A DNA stretch of 64,000 bases, taken from positions 64,001-128,000 of the forward strand of contig CAVOYH010000005.1 of NCBI GenBank assembly GCA_963700635.1, in the 5' to 3' direction. The notes beneath the pieces were generated by a model. That model worked only from the letters and a program-made list of their open reading frames with translations. It was not told the origin of the DNA and did not search any database. This stretch comes from an uncultured Bacteroidota bacterium. GTDB taxonomy: Bacteria > Bacteroidota > Ignavibacteria > UBA10030 > UBA6906. Positions 1 through 10,776 of the stretch are shown one piece after another; the first letter of the stretch is position 1; every line of letters starts with the position of its first letter. The translations under genes and the position numbers were made by a program.

Positions 1-898
1 CCCGCATTACTTCCCGTGGCGTCCTGACTCCATGTCGGACTTCGCGAAAGTTCTCACCGGGTTTGTGGAAAGGGTGCGTCACCTGACAGACAGCGTTGGC
101 ACAGAGCGCGGGCATTCCATTCTTCTCGGCGCACGTGTTCCTTCGTCATTACGTGCTTGTGCCCACATGGCTGCCGATCCTGCCTCCTGGTGCCGGCAGG
201 GGCTGCTGGATTTTCTCACTGTCGCACCGTTCCTGTCAACGGAAATGGACATCCCCGTCGGCGAGTTCAAGGCCGTGTGCGGACCGGTGCCCGTGTACGC
301 AGGTCTGGAGTTTACCATCGGTAACCGGCAGATGACCCGGGCGGAAAAACGCGCCGCTGCTGCGTTACTCTATGCCGCCGGCGCCGATGGCATCTATCTC
401 TTCAACTACTTTGTGGCCTGGGATGTGGGGCTTGAACCCGACCTGGAAGTGCTCCCGGAACTTGCTGACCCCCTGCTCCTTGATGGAAAAGATAAACTGT
501 ATACGGTGGCTGCGCCCTGGTTCCCGGTTCCCGGCATCAGCCAAACATCACAACTCCCACTGGTACTCACGAAAGCCGCGCCGGAGACCCTCACCGTCCG
601 GATTCATGAACCGGTGATGCCAGAGTCTGCAGTACTGAGAATCGAGTGCAGCGAAGCTGTTTCGGCCGGTGACATGCGTCTCGTGTTCAACGGCGTCGAG
701 CTTGAACAGGGCAAGAAACCCTCGTCGCCGCAGATCTTCCCGGAAAAAGTATTCCGGCAACTCCCCGATGTGTCGAAGACGGTAGAGTACATCATTGAGG
801 GTTCAGCACTGAGGGAAGAAAACAGCATCAGCATACACGCTCTGGCACCGCTCCGGGTGGAGTGGGTGTATCTGGGCGTGAAGCACGGGGAAGAATGA
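1..898 (+). CDS. 5'-truncated TIM-barrel protein, putative GH10-like (GHL10) glycoside hydrolase with C-terminal beta domain
   Basis: Frame is open from base 2 (PHYFPWRPDSM...), so the gene probably starts before the window; LGARVP...W...GLLDFL and GADGIYLFNYF motifs are typical of this group. Confidence 0.5.
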   Translation, partial: PHYFPWRPDSMSDFAKVLTGFVERVRHLTDSVGTERGHSILLGARVPSSLRACAHMAADPASWCRQGLLDFLTVAPFLSTEMDIPVGEFKAVCGPVPVYAGLEFTIGNRQMTRAEKRAAAALLYAAGADGIYLFNYFVAWDVGLEPDLEVLPELADPLLLDGKDKLYTVAAPWFPVPGISQTSQLPLVLTKAAPETLTVRIHEPVMPESAVLRIECSEAVSAGDMRLVFNGVELEQGKKPSSPQIFPEKVFRQLPDVSKTVEYIIEGSALREENSISIHALAPLRVEWVYLGVKHGEE

Positions 899-899
899 A

Positions 900-1613
900 T
901 CAGAAGCCGAGAAAGAGGATGCCAATCCCCGAAAGGGCGATAACACCCCCGGCGAGGGCATGCATGTAGCGTTCGAGTCGGGAGAAGGGGAGGATTTCGA
1001 CTCCTGCCAGGCCAAGAAACACCATCGAAAGCATCGTACCGATTGTTGTGAGCGCGAAGACCAGTGCCACAAGCACAACACCCACGGTGGAGTGTACCGC
1101 AGCCGGGTACATCAGGATCGGGATCAGTGGCTCACACGGTCCGAAGACAAAAATGCTGAAAATCACCCACGGCGTAAGACTGGCTGACGAATCACGTCCA
1201 TGGGGGTGGACGTGAGCGGTATCGTGACTGTGGGCATGGGAATGGAAATCGCCGTCGGCGTGTGCATGGGTGTGCACGTGAGACTTTGCCCGCAGAGCTC
1301 TCCTGAGGCCCCACACCATGTAGGTTAATCCAAACGCTGTCAGCAACCACGCCGCAACCTCACCCCGCACCGACTCCACCCACTCCAGTTGTGCAAGAAC
1401 ACTTCCGAAGGCGATGCCGAGCGCGCCAATCAGGATGGAACTCCCGACGTGGCCAAGGCCGGAGAGAATGGTGACAAGAAGAGTTTTGACCCGTGACCAT
1501 TTTCCCGCACGGGCCATCGCGACAAAGGGAATGTAGTGATCCGGACCCAGGAGTGTATGAAGAAATCCGAGTGAAGCGGCGGTGCCCATAAGGGCGTATA
1601 GTTCGTGAGACAT
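900..1613 (-). CDS. His-rich nickel/cobalt transporter (NicO/UreH/RcnA-like)
   Basis: HTLLGPDH motif, about 6 hydrophobic helices, His-rich loop HVHTHAHADGDFHSHAHSHDTAHVHPH, GPCEPLIP motif. Confidence 0.75.
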   Translation of the reverse strand: MSHELYALMGTAASLGFLHTLLGPDHYIPFVAMARAGKWSRVKTLLVTILSGLGHVGSSILIGALGIAFGSVLAQLEWVESVRGEVAAWLLTAFGLTYMVWGLRRALRAKSHVHTHAHADGDFHSHAHSHDTAHVHPHGRDSSASLTPWVIFSIFVFGPCEPLIPILMYPAAVHSTVGVVLVALVFALTTIGTMLSMVFLGLAGVEILPFSRLERYMHALAGGVIALSGIGILFLGF

Positions 1614-1691
1614 TGGTCCGATTGATATGATGATGGCACAAAATAACGAAGAAGCAGAGCAAAGGCAAGGTGGCAGGTTCGACTCAAGACA

Positions 1692-1720
1692 TTGAATCCA
1701 GCCACGCCGTGTCGTATATT
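1692..1720 (+). promoter_or_regulatory. sigma70-type promoter of the glycoside hydrolase gene
   Basis: TTGAAT(1692-1697)-17 bp-TATATT(1715-1720). Confidence 0.55.
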
Positions 1721-1763
1721 GTCGGCGCGAACATCCCTCCCCGGCACAATCGAAAGAAAAACC

Positions 1764-4700
1764 ATGTCTCGTTCAGTAGTACTTGTTTCTGGATTCTCTG
1801 CCTTCGTCCTCCTGCTGTTGAGCTGTTCGGGTTTTGCTGAGTCAAGCTGGTCGATTCCCAAGGAAGCTCCCCTGCTGACCCGGTGGTCCGGAGATGTAAA
1901 TCCCGGGAAACCACTTCCGGAATATCCTCGTCCGCAGATGGTCCGCGCCGAATGGTTGAATTTGAACGGACTCTGGGAATATGACCTGCCGGCGGACCTG
2001 ACAACTCCTCCCTTCGGCAGGCAGCTGGAGAATACCATTCTCGTGCCCTATCCCATCGAATCAGCTCTCTCCGGCGTAATGAAAAGAGCTGAACACCTCT
2101 GGTATCGGCGGACGTTTACCCTCCCGGCTGGATGGAAGGGTAAACGTATTCTCCTCCATTTTGGCGCCGTTGATTGGGAAACCACGGTCTTTGTGAATGG
2201 GAAGGCAATCGGGGATCACCGCGGCGGATACGACGCATTCTCATTCGATATCACTGATGCCCTGCACAAACAGGGGACGCAGGAACTGGTGGTTGGTGTC
2301 TATGACCCCTCCGATGCCGGCGATCAGCCGCGCGGAAAGCAGGTGCGCAAGCCCGGGGGAATCTGGTATACACCATGCACAGGTATCTGGCAAACCGTCT
2401 GGTGCGAACCGGTTTCTGCATCCTTTATCACGCAGGTCCGGATCGTCCCGGGAAGCGAACTAAAACATTTCAGCCTGACAGTAAGCACCCGCATGGGAGG
2501 GGAAGCGGACAGTTTTCGTGTCACCGTGCTGGATGGAAAAAAACGGGTGGCGCGGGCTGGCGGACGGGTCGGGAAACAATTGGACATCTCTGTCCCCTCG
2601 CCCAAACTCTGGTCTCCGGAGTCCCCGTTTTTGTATGATATCCGGATTTCACTGTTAAAGGGCGGAAGAACGATTGACGAAGTTTCAAGTTATGCGGGAA
2701 TGCGGAACGTCGGCGTCATGCGCGATGAGCGCGGGATCCAGCGGCTCACGCTCAACGGCAAACCCTGTTTCCAGGTAGGACCGCTGGATCAGGGCTTCTG
2801 GCCGGACGGCATCTACACGGCTCCGACCGATGCCGCCCTCCGGTACGATATTGAAATTACGAAGAAGCTGGGTTTCAACATGACGCGGAAACACGTAAAG
2901 GTCGAACCGGCCCGCTGGTACTATTGGGCTGACCGTCTCGGCCTCCTCGTTTGGCAGGACATGCCCAGCGCGAACAATACAACGCCGGAATCCCGACAAC
3001 AATTTGAGACCGAGCTGGAACGGCTCGTGGAGAGTCATCAGATCCATCCTTCCATCGTCATGTGGGTTGTATTTAACGAGGGATGGGGTCAGTACGACAC
3101 GGAGCGACTCGCACTGCGGGTCAAACAGCTCGACCCGACACGGCTGGTCAACAATGCAAGCGGCTGGACGGACAAGAACGCCGGAGATGTTCTGGATATT
3201 CACTCTTACCCGGCACCCCGCTCGCCCGAACCGGAATCAACACGTGCGACGGTCCTGGGCGAATTCGGCGGGTTGGGACTGGCGGTCTCCGGGCACACGT
3301 GGAAGAAGGAACACTGGGGTTACCAGGGGATGGCAAATGCTGACGCGTTGATCGTCAAATATGAAGAGTTCCTGAACACGATTTATACCCTGCATGAGAC
3401 ACCGGGTTTGAGCGCGGCTGTCTATACGCAACTCACCGACGTGGAGGTTGAGTGTAACGGGCTCCTGACCTATGATAGACAGGTGGTAAAAGCGCCCGAA
3501 GATCGTTTTGCACGGGCAAACAGGGGAACGGACGTTCTGGAAAAAACAGACAGACAGGTTTCGGTAGTCCCGGTTATTCTGCCCCGCAAGCGGTCCACCG
3601 CTGAAGGTGCAAATCGCGAGCCGCTCGTCCGGAGCCCGCTGAGCAAACTGCCAATAGGTCAGATTCGTCCCCATGGCTGGCTGCAGGCAATGCTCCAACT
3701 CGAGAAGGAAGGGATGGTCGGCAGGCTGGCTGAGATTTCTCCCTGGCTTGACCGGACGACAAGTGCCTGGGCCAGCACCGAGGGGGAAGGCTCCCGTGGA
3801 TGGGAGGAACTGCCCTACTGGCTCAAAGGGTATGGTGACCTTGCATATGTCCTGGGCGATACGGTGATGCAGGGGGAAGCGCGGTTCTGGATTGATGTTA
3901 TGCTCTTGTCCCAACGTGAAGATGGATGGTTCGGGCCCCGCGCGCTGCTGACAGCGCTGGATGGCAAACCGGATCTCTGGCCGCACATGGTGATGCTCAA
4001 CGTTCTACAGTCTTTTTATGAATATACCCGTGACCCGCGTGTCCTGCCGTTTATGACGCGATACTTCGTGTGGCTGGATCGGCTTCCGGCGGAGACCTTC
4101 GGTGCAGGGTACTGGCCGAAAATGAGGATGGGCGACAATATTGAAAGCGCCCTCTGGCTTTATAATAGAACCGGCGAATCCTGGCTTCTGAACCTCGCGG
4201 AAAAAATGCACACCCACATGGCCCGCTGGGACCGTGACGTTATTAACTGGCACAATGTGAACATCGCACAGGGCTTCCGGGCTCCCGCGATGTTTTATCC
4301 TGCTGCTCATGACTACTCTCTTTACCGGGCCGCGGAACGTAATTACCGGAAGGTGATGGAAGAGTATGGCCAATTCCCGGGTGGCGGGTTCGCAGCCGAT
4401 GAAAATGCCCGCCCCGGTTTTTTTGACCCCCGACAGGGATTCGAAACATGTGGCATCGTAGAGTTTATGCATAGTTTTCAACTGCTTACAAAGGTGGCGG
4501 GAGAAACGATCTGGTCGGACAGATGCGAAGAACTTGCATTCAACAGCCTCCCTGCGGCGCTGACCGCCGATCAGAAAGCGCTTCACTACCTGACCTGCGC
4601 AAACCAGGTCCAACTCGACAAAGGTCATAAGACGCCCGGCATCCAGAACGGTGGGACGATGTTCTCCTTTAGCCCGTTCCAGACGTACAGATGCTGTCAG

Positions 4701-5954
4701 CATAATGTGAGTCATGGCTGGCCTTACTATGCCGAAGAGCTCTGGCTTGCGACCTGGGATGGAGGACTCTGCGCATCATTGTATGCACCGTCCACCGTCG
4801 AGACCAGTCTGGGGGATGGAACCGGAGTAGTCATCAGCGAAGAAACGGGATATCCGTTTGACGGAACGATTCGCTTTACGGTCACATCGGAAAAACCCGT
4901 ACGGTTTCCGCTTTATCTTCGTATCCCCGGATGGTGTGAAAACGTAACCGCCACGATCAATGGCACGCCGGCGTTTGGTGGCTCAAGGCCGGGTGCTTTC
5001 CTGCGCTTTGACCGGACCTGGTCAAAGGGAGATACCGTTTCTCTCGTTCTGCAGATGCCCTTACGGGTGACCCGCTGGAAGAAAAACAACAACGCGGTGT
5101 CTGTCTCCCGTGGCCCGGTCTATTTCTCACTCCGGATACAGGAACGGTGGGAGCGGTATGGCAGAGAGGGTGTGTGGCCCGAATGGGAAGTGTTTCCGGC
5201 ATCAGCCTGGAACTACGGCCTGGTTCTGGATACGCTTCATCCAGCCCGTTCATTCGTTCTGGAACCTCGCGCAGTTGATCCCTCGGCGTTGCCCTGGACA
5301 TCTGGCGCCATGCCTGTAGCGGTCAAGGCCACGGGGAGAAGAATCTCTGCATGGCAGCAGGATTACAGAGGTCTGGTCGGTGCGCTGCAGAAAAGCCCGG
5401 CCCGGACAACGCTTGCAGAGGAGGCCATCGAGTTGATCCCCATGGGTGCAGCCCGCTTGCGGGTGACCGCATTTCCCACGGTGACCGGCGGACCGGACGG
5501 ATTTGAATGGATTGCGCCACCGAAACCCAGGCCGATTCCATTCAAGATCAGTTATTCGTACATCAACCGTTATGAAGACCCCGAGGCAGTAGCGGATGGA
5601 TTCGAGCCGGAGTCATCGAATGATGAGAGGATAACCCGGATGAGCTGGTGGGACCACAAGGGGACGGCGGAGTGGATCCAGTACGACTTTCCTGAAGCGC
5701 GGGAGGTCTCTTCTGCCTCCGTGTACTGGTATGATGATGGCGATGAGGGGTGGTGCCGGGTGCCCGAATCCTGGCGCATCACACTCCAGAAGGGTGATGA
5801 GTGGGTTCCTGTTGACCCTGCACCCGGGTATACTTTGAAGGTGAATGCCTTTAACACGGTGCTTTTTCCAAAGATGAAGGCGAAGGGAGTTCGTCTTGAG
5901 GTACGATTGCAGAAGGAGTTTACGGCAGGCGTTCTGGAGTGGAAGGTTGAGTGA
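1764..5954 (+). CDS. Secreted multimodular glycoside hydrolase: GH2 + GH127/GH146-like beta-L-arabinofuranosidase + C-terminal F5/8C (discoidin)-like domain
   Basis: Signal peptide after ATG 1764; GH2 motifs YPRPQ, LHFGAVD, LDQGFWPDG, WVVFNEGWGQ, GEFGG; GH127-type motifs IRPHGWL, GWEELPYW, FETC, RCCQHN; C-terminal beta-sandwich EWIQYDF...VYWYDD. Confidence 0.85.
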   Translation: MSRSVVLVSGFSAFVLLLLSCSGFAESSWSIPKEAPLLTRWSGDVNPGKPLPEYPRPQMVRAEWLNLNGLWEYDLPADLTTPPFGRQLENTILVPYPIESALSGVMKRAEHLWYRRTFTLPAGWKGKRILLHFGAVDWETTVFVNGKAIGDHRGGYDAFSFDITDALHKQGTQELVVGVYDPSDAGDQPRGKQVRKPGGIWYTPCTGIWQTVWCEPVSASFITQVRIVPGSELKHFSLTVSTRMGGEADSFRVTVLDGKKRVARAGGRVGKQLDISVPSPKLWSPESPFLYDIRISLLKGGRTIDEVSSYAGMRNVGVMRDERGIQRLTLNGKPCFQVGPLDQGFWPDGIYTAPTDAALRYDIEITKKLGFNMTRKHVKVEPARWYYWADRLGLLVWQDMPSANNTTPESRQQFETELERLVESHQIHPSIVMWVVFNEGWGQYDTERLALRVKQLDPTRLVNNASGWTDKNAGDVLDIHSYPAPRSPEPESTRATVLGEFGGLGLAVSGHTWKKEHWGYQGMANADALIVKYEEFLNTIYTLHETPGLSAAVYTQLTDVEVECNGLLTYDRQVVKAPEDRFARANRGTDVLEKTDRQVSVVPVILPRKRSTAEGANREPLVRSPLSKLPIGQIRPHGWLQAMLQLEKEGMVGRLAEISPWLDRTTSAWASTEGEGSRGWEELPYWLKGYGDLAYVLGDTVMQGEARFWIDVMLLSQREDGWFGPRALLTALDGKPDLWPHMVMLNVLQSFYEYTRDPRVLPFMTRYFVWLDRLPAETFGAGYWPKMRMGDNIESALWLYNRTGESWLLNLAEKMHTHMARWDRDVINWHNVNIAQGFRAPAMFYPAAHDYSLYRAAERNYRKVMEEYGQFPGGGFAADENARPGFFDPRQGFETCGIVEFMHSFQLLTKVAGETIWSDRCEELAFNSLPAALTADQKALHYLTCANQVQLDKGHKTPGIQNGGTMFSFSPFQTYRCCQHNVSHGWPYYAEELWLATWDGGLCASLYAPSTVETSLGDGTGVVISEETGYPFDGTIRFTVTSEKPVRFPLYLRIPGWCENVTATINGTPAFGGSRPGAFLRFDRTWSKGDTVSLVLQMPLRVTRWKKNNNAVSVSRGPVYFSLRIQERWERYGREGVWPEWEVFPASAWNYGLVLDTLHPARSFVLEPRAVDPSALPWTSGAMPVAVKATGRRISAWQQDYRGLVGALQKSPARTTLAEEAIELIPMGAARLRVTAFPTVTGGPDGFEWIAPPKPRPIPFKISYSYINRYEDPEAVADGFEPESSNDERITRMSWWDHKGTAEWIQYDFPEAREVSSASVYWYDDGDEGWCRVPESWRITLQKGDEWVPVDPAPGYTLKVNAFNTVLFPKMKAKGVRLEVRLQKEFTAGVLEWKVE

Positions 5955-6107
5955 GTTCCAGGCCATCCATAAGATGCTGGCATAATGATTGAAGTGATAA
6001 CCCGGTGAAGCGACAAGCATGATATAGTCGGCAGTTTCCTCTCTCCCAGGCAGTGAACCGCGAGGGGATGCTATGCAACGGCTTGATGAATATTAGCCAA
6101 CCGGCTA

Positions 6108-9100
6108 TTGTCAGCCACCGGGAAGGTCTTTTGTATGGTTCTGGGACAGATTGATATCGTACTGGCTGTTCAAGGCCTGTCTTCCATCCTGATGGCAACA
6201 GTGGTCTGGATGATTGCAGGAGACCGCAAGGGGGTGCGCTCCTGGTGGTGGTATGCCGGATTTGGCGTGAGCTATGGGGTTGCTTCCTGGCTGGAGATGG
6301 TCTCTCTGAGCCTTGAAGACGGGCTTGCTTTCCGGCAACTGAGCGGCCTGTTCTATGCGGCGGCATTTCTCTTTCTCTTCGAGTCGGTCCGCATACGGTT
6401 TCGGTCCAATCTTTCCCGGGGCTGGATCTGGATGTATGTACCACTTCTCGGATTGTTTCTTCTCTGGCATTTCACACGCATAAGCTGGGCGGCATGGGTC
6501 GCCTGGGGATTGCTGGCCAGCGTGAGCACCTGTGCCATGGCAGCTGGTCTCTGGCGGGCGGGCTCAAGAAAACCCATGTTACCTCGTTTGGCGGCATGGC
6601 TTTCATCCGTAACGCTCGCGCTGTTCGGACTCTGCTCCGCTCTGTTAGGACCATCGACTCCATTTCCGCAATACACCCTCGTACAGAGTTCAGCGTTCGT
6701 GGAGCTCACCGGGTTCTCCCTTCGTATTTTCCCCGCCGCACTGATCACTCTTTGTGCCCTGGGATTCTGGGTTGCCTATCGACAGGTTCCCCTGTACCGA
6801 TCAATGAAGAGGCCCGTGACAATATTGGGTGTCCATACGGCCACAGTCATCGTCCTGCTCGGCTCCGTATGGGGTATCAACTGGGTGGGCAGTTATGTCG
6901 AGCAGGTGCAACGGGAGCTGATGCTGGCGCATGCTTCGGGGATTGCTCAGACGATCGAGGTTCAGGAGATGAGGGGCCTCTCGTACACGGCTGCTGATAC
7001 CACAAACCCGCTTTACGGCCGGCTCAACAAGCAAATGTATTCCTATGCAAGCACCTTCGATTTGCACGACATTTACAGTCTGGTTTGCCGGGACAGCCAG
7101 TTAGTCTTCGGCCCTGAAATCGGAAGGGAGAAAGGTTCAACGCGGGCAATGCCCGGGACAGTCTATAGCTCGGCCCCTGCGGCGTTGCGGGAGGTGTTCC
7201 AGAGTCATCGAGGGCAAACCGCCGGTCCGTATGAAGATGCATACGGAACCTTTGTCAGTGCGTTTGTTCCGGTTATGGATGCCCGTGAGAACAGCGTGTT
7301 TGCTGTGATCGGCGTTGATGCAAAGGCAGGTGCCTGGGCGACGAAGATCGCCGGAGGCCGGCTCCCTGTGATCGGCTTCATGCTGTTCCTTGTGGTTGTG
7401 CTGTTAGTCGGGGGAACGTTGCTGGAAGCGCGCCAATCCCAGACGCGCATCCGTCGATGGTGGCACAAGCACATTGAAGCGGTATTGATGGCGGTGTTCT
7501 GCCTGGCGTTCACATTCGCGTCGGTAGTAATATCACACAAAGTTGAAAGCCGGTCACGAAACGACATGTTTGGCCGACTTGCAGACGCACATGCGGCTAT
7601 GTTCAAGGAAACAGTCAATGAAGTGCGCGGGCAACTTGGCGGGCTCGTGCGGTTTTTTGAAGGCAGCCAGGAAGTCACTGTGGCAGAATTTCATCACTAC
7701 GCGGGTCCACTGGGACGTAATCCCGCTGTGCAGGCATTCGGGTGGGTTCCGTTGGTGACCGCCAGCCAGAAAGAACTGTTTGAGTCCTGGGCCCGCCAGA
7801 ATGTTTATCCGGGGTTTACCATTGTTGAACGGGACTCGTCGGGCAAACTTTTCCCCGCCCGGCAACGGGAGGTGTACCTCCCGCTCTTCTACATGGAACC
7901 GACCGCGGACAACGAACAGGCGCTGGGATTTGACATCGCATCGGACATGCCGAGGAAAGCGGCACTGGAGCTTGCACTCAAGACGGGGCTTGCAACAGCT
8001 ACCGATCCTCTCCGGCTTGTGATGGAACCAGAAGATACAAGTGGCGTTATTGCATTCCAGCCGGTGTACTACGGGGAGGAACAGGAAGGTGAGGATGAAC
8101 TGTTGGCGAGACCATTCCGGGAACTTCGCGGGTTCGTTCTGGTAGCTATCCGGCCAACAGTGACAATGCGTCAGGCGATGATGCGCGCGAACCAATACGC
8201 CGATGTCATATCTGTGGAACTCTTTGACCTCCTCCCGCAGGAGAATCCAATCTGGCTCGCTTCCGTTTCTCAGGAACACTCGTGTGAGCTGGCTGAACCC
8301 CGTAGATTACGACTTGCACCTGAAGATGATCTGCATTCCGTGAGTCCGGTGTTTCTGTTCGGACGGACGTATCTTGTTGTCGTGCATCCGGGTGAGAACT
8401 TTCTCTCCCTCCATCCGGTCCGGGCACCGTGGTTGGCCGGGGGTGGGGGGATAGTCCTGACTGTTCTGTTAACTCTCTTTGTGGGATATCTGAGCACGCA
8501 TCGCGCGGTACTGGAAGATCAGGTGCAGGTCCGGACGGCGGCACTGCGGGACAGCGAAGTCAAATACCGGAATGTGGTCGAACGTGCGAATGATGGGATC
8601 GTTATTCTCCGCAACGGTGGCCTCGTTCTTGTGAATTCAACAATGGCAACGATGCTGGGTTACACCGTGGATGAAATGCAGGGGAAGCTGTTGCTCGAGT
8701 ATTTTGATCCTTCGATACGAGACTCCATGATTGAGCGGTATCAGAAACGTGTCGCGGGTGAGGATGTCCCTTCTATGTACGAGACAGTTCTGCTCCATAA
8801 GAGCGGGTCACTGGTTCCGGTCGAGTTTAACGCAGGATTGATTCACGATGAATACGGCACAACGGATCTGGTGATGGTTCGTGACATCACTGAGCGGAAA
8901 AAGGCGGAAGCGGAATTGGCCAAACTCGTCCAGGATATCCAGATTGCACGCCGGCGTGCAGAAGACGCGACACGAGCGAAGAGCGAATTCCTGGCAAACA
9001 TGAGCCATGAGATCAGGACACCCATGAACGGAGTGATCGGCATGACCGGCCTTCTCATGGATACGTCACTCTCTACGGAGCAACGACAGTATGCAGAAAT

Positions 9101-10559
9101 CGTCCGGTCGAGCGCCGAAAACCTGCTTTCGGTTATCAATGACATCCTGGACTTCTCGAAAATTGAAGCGCGAAAGCTTGAGCTGGAGCACGTGGCATTC
9201 GATCTGCGGCTTCTTGTCGAAGATACTGTTGAAATGCTCGCCGTCAAGGCCTATGAACGACGAATTGAGCTGGCGTATACTATCGATGGTGATGTGCCGA
9301 CGAATTTCTGGGGAGACCCGCGACGCCTGCGCCAGGTCCTCGTGAATCTGGGCGGGAATGCACTCAAGTTTACAAAAGAAGGTTGTGTCTCCGTCTCTGT
9401 GCATCGGGTTGCGGATACCAACGGCTCCACGACGCTGCAATTCTCCATCTCCGATACCGGCATTGGCATCAGCAAGGACGAGCAAGAAATTCTCTTCGCT
9501 CCCTTCACGCAGGCGGACGGCTCAACAACACGGCAATTCGGCGGTACCGGATTGGGGCTGGCAATATCCAAGCAGCTTGCCGAACTGATGGGCGGCCGGA
9601 TCGGCGTCGAGAGTGAACCGGGCATCGGGTCCACGTTCTGGTTTACAGTCAATCTCACGAGGCAAAACGACGTGCCCCAGGACAAGGATGGCTCCGGAGC
9701 GGCTCTGGCCGGAGCAAAAGTCCTCGCTGTGGATGACAACGAGACGAATCGTATGCTCCTCTCCACGCTGCTCAACGGATGGGGTTGCCGCCATGCTGAA
9801 GCAGGCAGTGGTGATGCTGCGCTGGCGGCTCTCCTTGCCGCAGCCTCGACCGGTGATCCGTACCGCGTTGCGCTCCTGGATATGCTTATGCCGGGAATGG
9901 ACGGGGTTGAACTGGTGCAGCGTATCAAAGCGGAACCCGCGCTGAACAACACGATCCTCGTCCTTATAACCTCGTTGGGGCACCGCAATGGTGGGGACCA
10001 TTTGCAGAATGCTGGGTGCGCCGCGATTCTCACCAAACCGCTCCGTCAGTCCTTGCTCCACCAGACGCTGAAAACCCTGCTCGCTGAAGACTCAACCGGA
10101 AACGCTGCGTCCCAGGGTCTGGCCCGGATTCCCGAGGAACCACGTGCGCCGGGCCGCGCCCACTTGAGAATCCTCGTGGCTGAGGATAATCAGGTGAATC
10201 AACTGGTGGCGCTGAAGATCCTGAAGAAATGCGGGTACAACGCAGTCGCTGTCGCAAATGGAGCGGAAGCCATCGAAGCACTGCACAATACCCGGTATGA
10301 CCTTGTGCTGATGGATTGCCAGATGCCGGTAATGGACGGGTTTGAGGCAACGCGCCGCATCCGCAGCGGCATGGCAGGTCCAAGCAATGCAACAATTCCC
10401 ATTGTTGCCATGACCGCACACGCAATGATCGGGGACCGGAAACGTTGCCTCGATTCCGGCATGAGCGACTATCTCCCCAAACCGGTTCAATTCTCGCTGC
10501 TCGAAGCCACGCTGGCGAAATGGTTGATCCATCAGCCCCTCCGGGAATCCTCATCCTGA
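6108..10559 (+). CDS. Hybrid sensor histidine kinase: multi-TM N-terminus, Cache-like domain, CHASE, PAS, HisKA, HATPase, two REC domains
   Basis: H-box [15 protein letters not shown]; G boxes DTGIG and FGGTGLGL; REC motifs VDDNETN/LLDMLMP and AEDNQVN/LMDCQMP; CHASE-like [19 protein letters not shown]. Start codon uncertain (6108 TTG or 6135 ATG). Confidence 0.9.
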   Translation: MSATGKVFCMVLGQIDIVLAVQGLSSILMATVVWMIAGDRKGVRSWWWYAGFGVSYGVASWLEMVSLSLEDGLAFRQLSGLFYAAAFLFLFESVRIRFRSNLSRGWIWMYVPLLGLFLLWHFTRISWAAWVAWGLLASVSTCAMAAGLWRAGSRKPMLPRLAAWLSSVTLALFGLCSALLGPSTPFPQYTLVQSSAFVELTGFSLRIFPAALITLCALGFWVAYRQVPLYRSMKRPVTILGVHTATVIVLLGSVWGINWVGSYVEQVQRELMLAHASGIAQTIEVQEMRGLSYTAADTTNPLYGRLNKQMYSYASTFDLHDIYSLVCRDSQLVFGPEIGREKGSTRAMPGTVYSSAPAALREVFQSHRGQTAGPYEDAYGTFVSAFVPVMDARENSVFAVIGVDAKAGAWATKIAGGRLPVIGFMLFLVVVLLVGGTLLEARQSQTRIRRWWHKHIEAVLMAVFCLAFTFASVVISHKVESRSRNDMFGRLADAHAAMFKETVNEVRGQLGGLVRFFEGSQEVTVAEFHHYAGPLGRNPAVQAFGWVPLVTASQKELFESWARQNVYPGFTIVERDSSGKLFPARQREVYLPLFYMEPTADNEQALGFDIASDMPRKAALELALKTGLATATDPLRLVMEPEDTSGVIAFQPVYYGEEQEGEDELLARPFRELRGFVLVAIRPTVTMRQAMMRANQYADVISVELFDLLPQENPIWLASVSQEHSCELAEPRRLRLAPEDDLHSVSPVFLFGRTYLVVVHPGENFLSLHPVRAPWLAGGGGIVLTVLLTLFVGYLSTHRAVLEDQVQVRTAALRDSEVKYRNVVERANDGIVILRNGGLVLVNSTMATMLGYTVDEMQGKLLLEYFDPSIRDSMIERYQKRVAGEDVPSMYETVLLHKSGSLVPVEFNAGLIHDEYGTTDLVMVRDITERKKAEAELAKLVQDIQIARRRAEDATRAKSEFLANMSHEIRTPMNGVIGMTGLLMDTSLSTEQRQYAEIVRSSAENLLSVINDILDFSKIEARKLELEHVAFDLRLLVEDTVEMLAVKAYERRIELAYTIDGDVPTNFWGDPRRLRQVLVNLGGNALKFTKEGCVSVSVHRVADTNGSTTLQFSISDTGIGISKDEQEILFAPFTQADGSTTRQFGGTGLGLAISKQLAELMGGRIGVESEPGIGSTFWFTVNLTRQNDVPQDKDGSGAALAGAKVLAVDDNETNRMLLSTLLNGWGCRHAEAGSGDAALAALLAAASTGDPYRVALLDMLMPGMDGVELVQRIKAEPALNNTILVLITSLGHRNGGDHLQNAGCAAILTKPLRQSLLHQTLKTLLAEDSTGNAASQGLARIPEEPRAPGRAHLRILVAEDNQVNQLVALKILKKCGYNAVAVANGAEAIEALHNTRYDLVLMDCQMPVMDGFEATRRIRSGMAGPSNATIPIVAMTAHAMIGDRKRCLDSGMSDYLPKPVQFSLLEATLAKWLIHQPLRESSS

Positions 10560-10580
10560 CCCCTCTCGCGGAGTTTTTTC

Positions 10581-10609
10581 TTGACTTGAGGGGTCAGTGC
10601 ATGTATATT
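10581..10609 (+). promoter_or_regulatory. trp operon promoter
   Basis: TTGACT(10581-10586)-17 bp-TATATT(10604-10609). Confidence 0.7.
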
Positions 10610-10618
10610 AACTCTGCA

Positions 10619-10702
10619 ATGAAAAACGAAATTGTTCAGTCTATTGGCCGTCAGTGCTGGTGGTGGAGCCTGATGAGAATCCGGAGGCCGGTGGGCGGAT
10701 AA
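10619..10702 (+). CDS. trpL: trp operon leader peptide MKNEIVQSIGRQCWWWSLMRIRRPVGG
   Basis: 27-codon ORF with three tandem TGG codons (10658-10666), between the promoter and the terminator upstream of trpE. Confidence 0.85.
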   Translation: MKNEIVQSIGRQCWWWSLMRIRRPVGG

Positions 10703-10729
10703 TGTTTTGTCCGATACGTGCACATGCAT

Positions 10730-10766
10730 AACCCCTCCTGGCTGTCAGGAGGGGTTTTCATTTTTT
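10730..10766 (+). terminator. trp attenuator terminator hairpin
   Basis: AACCCCTCCTG-gctgt-CAGGAGGGGTT 11-bp stem followed by TTCATTTTTT, just before the trpE RBS. Confidence 0.85.
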
Positions 10767-10776
10767 ATGGAGGCGC

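Noticed and set aside
7540-8420. Cytokinin signalling link between the CHASE kinase and miaA
   Set aside because: The genes are about 45 kb apart, miaA is universal housekeeping, and no LOG gene is in the window
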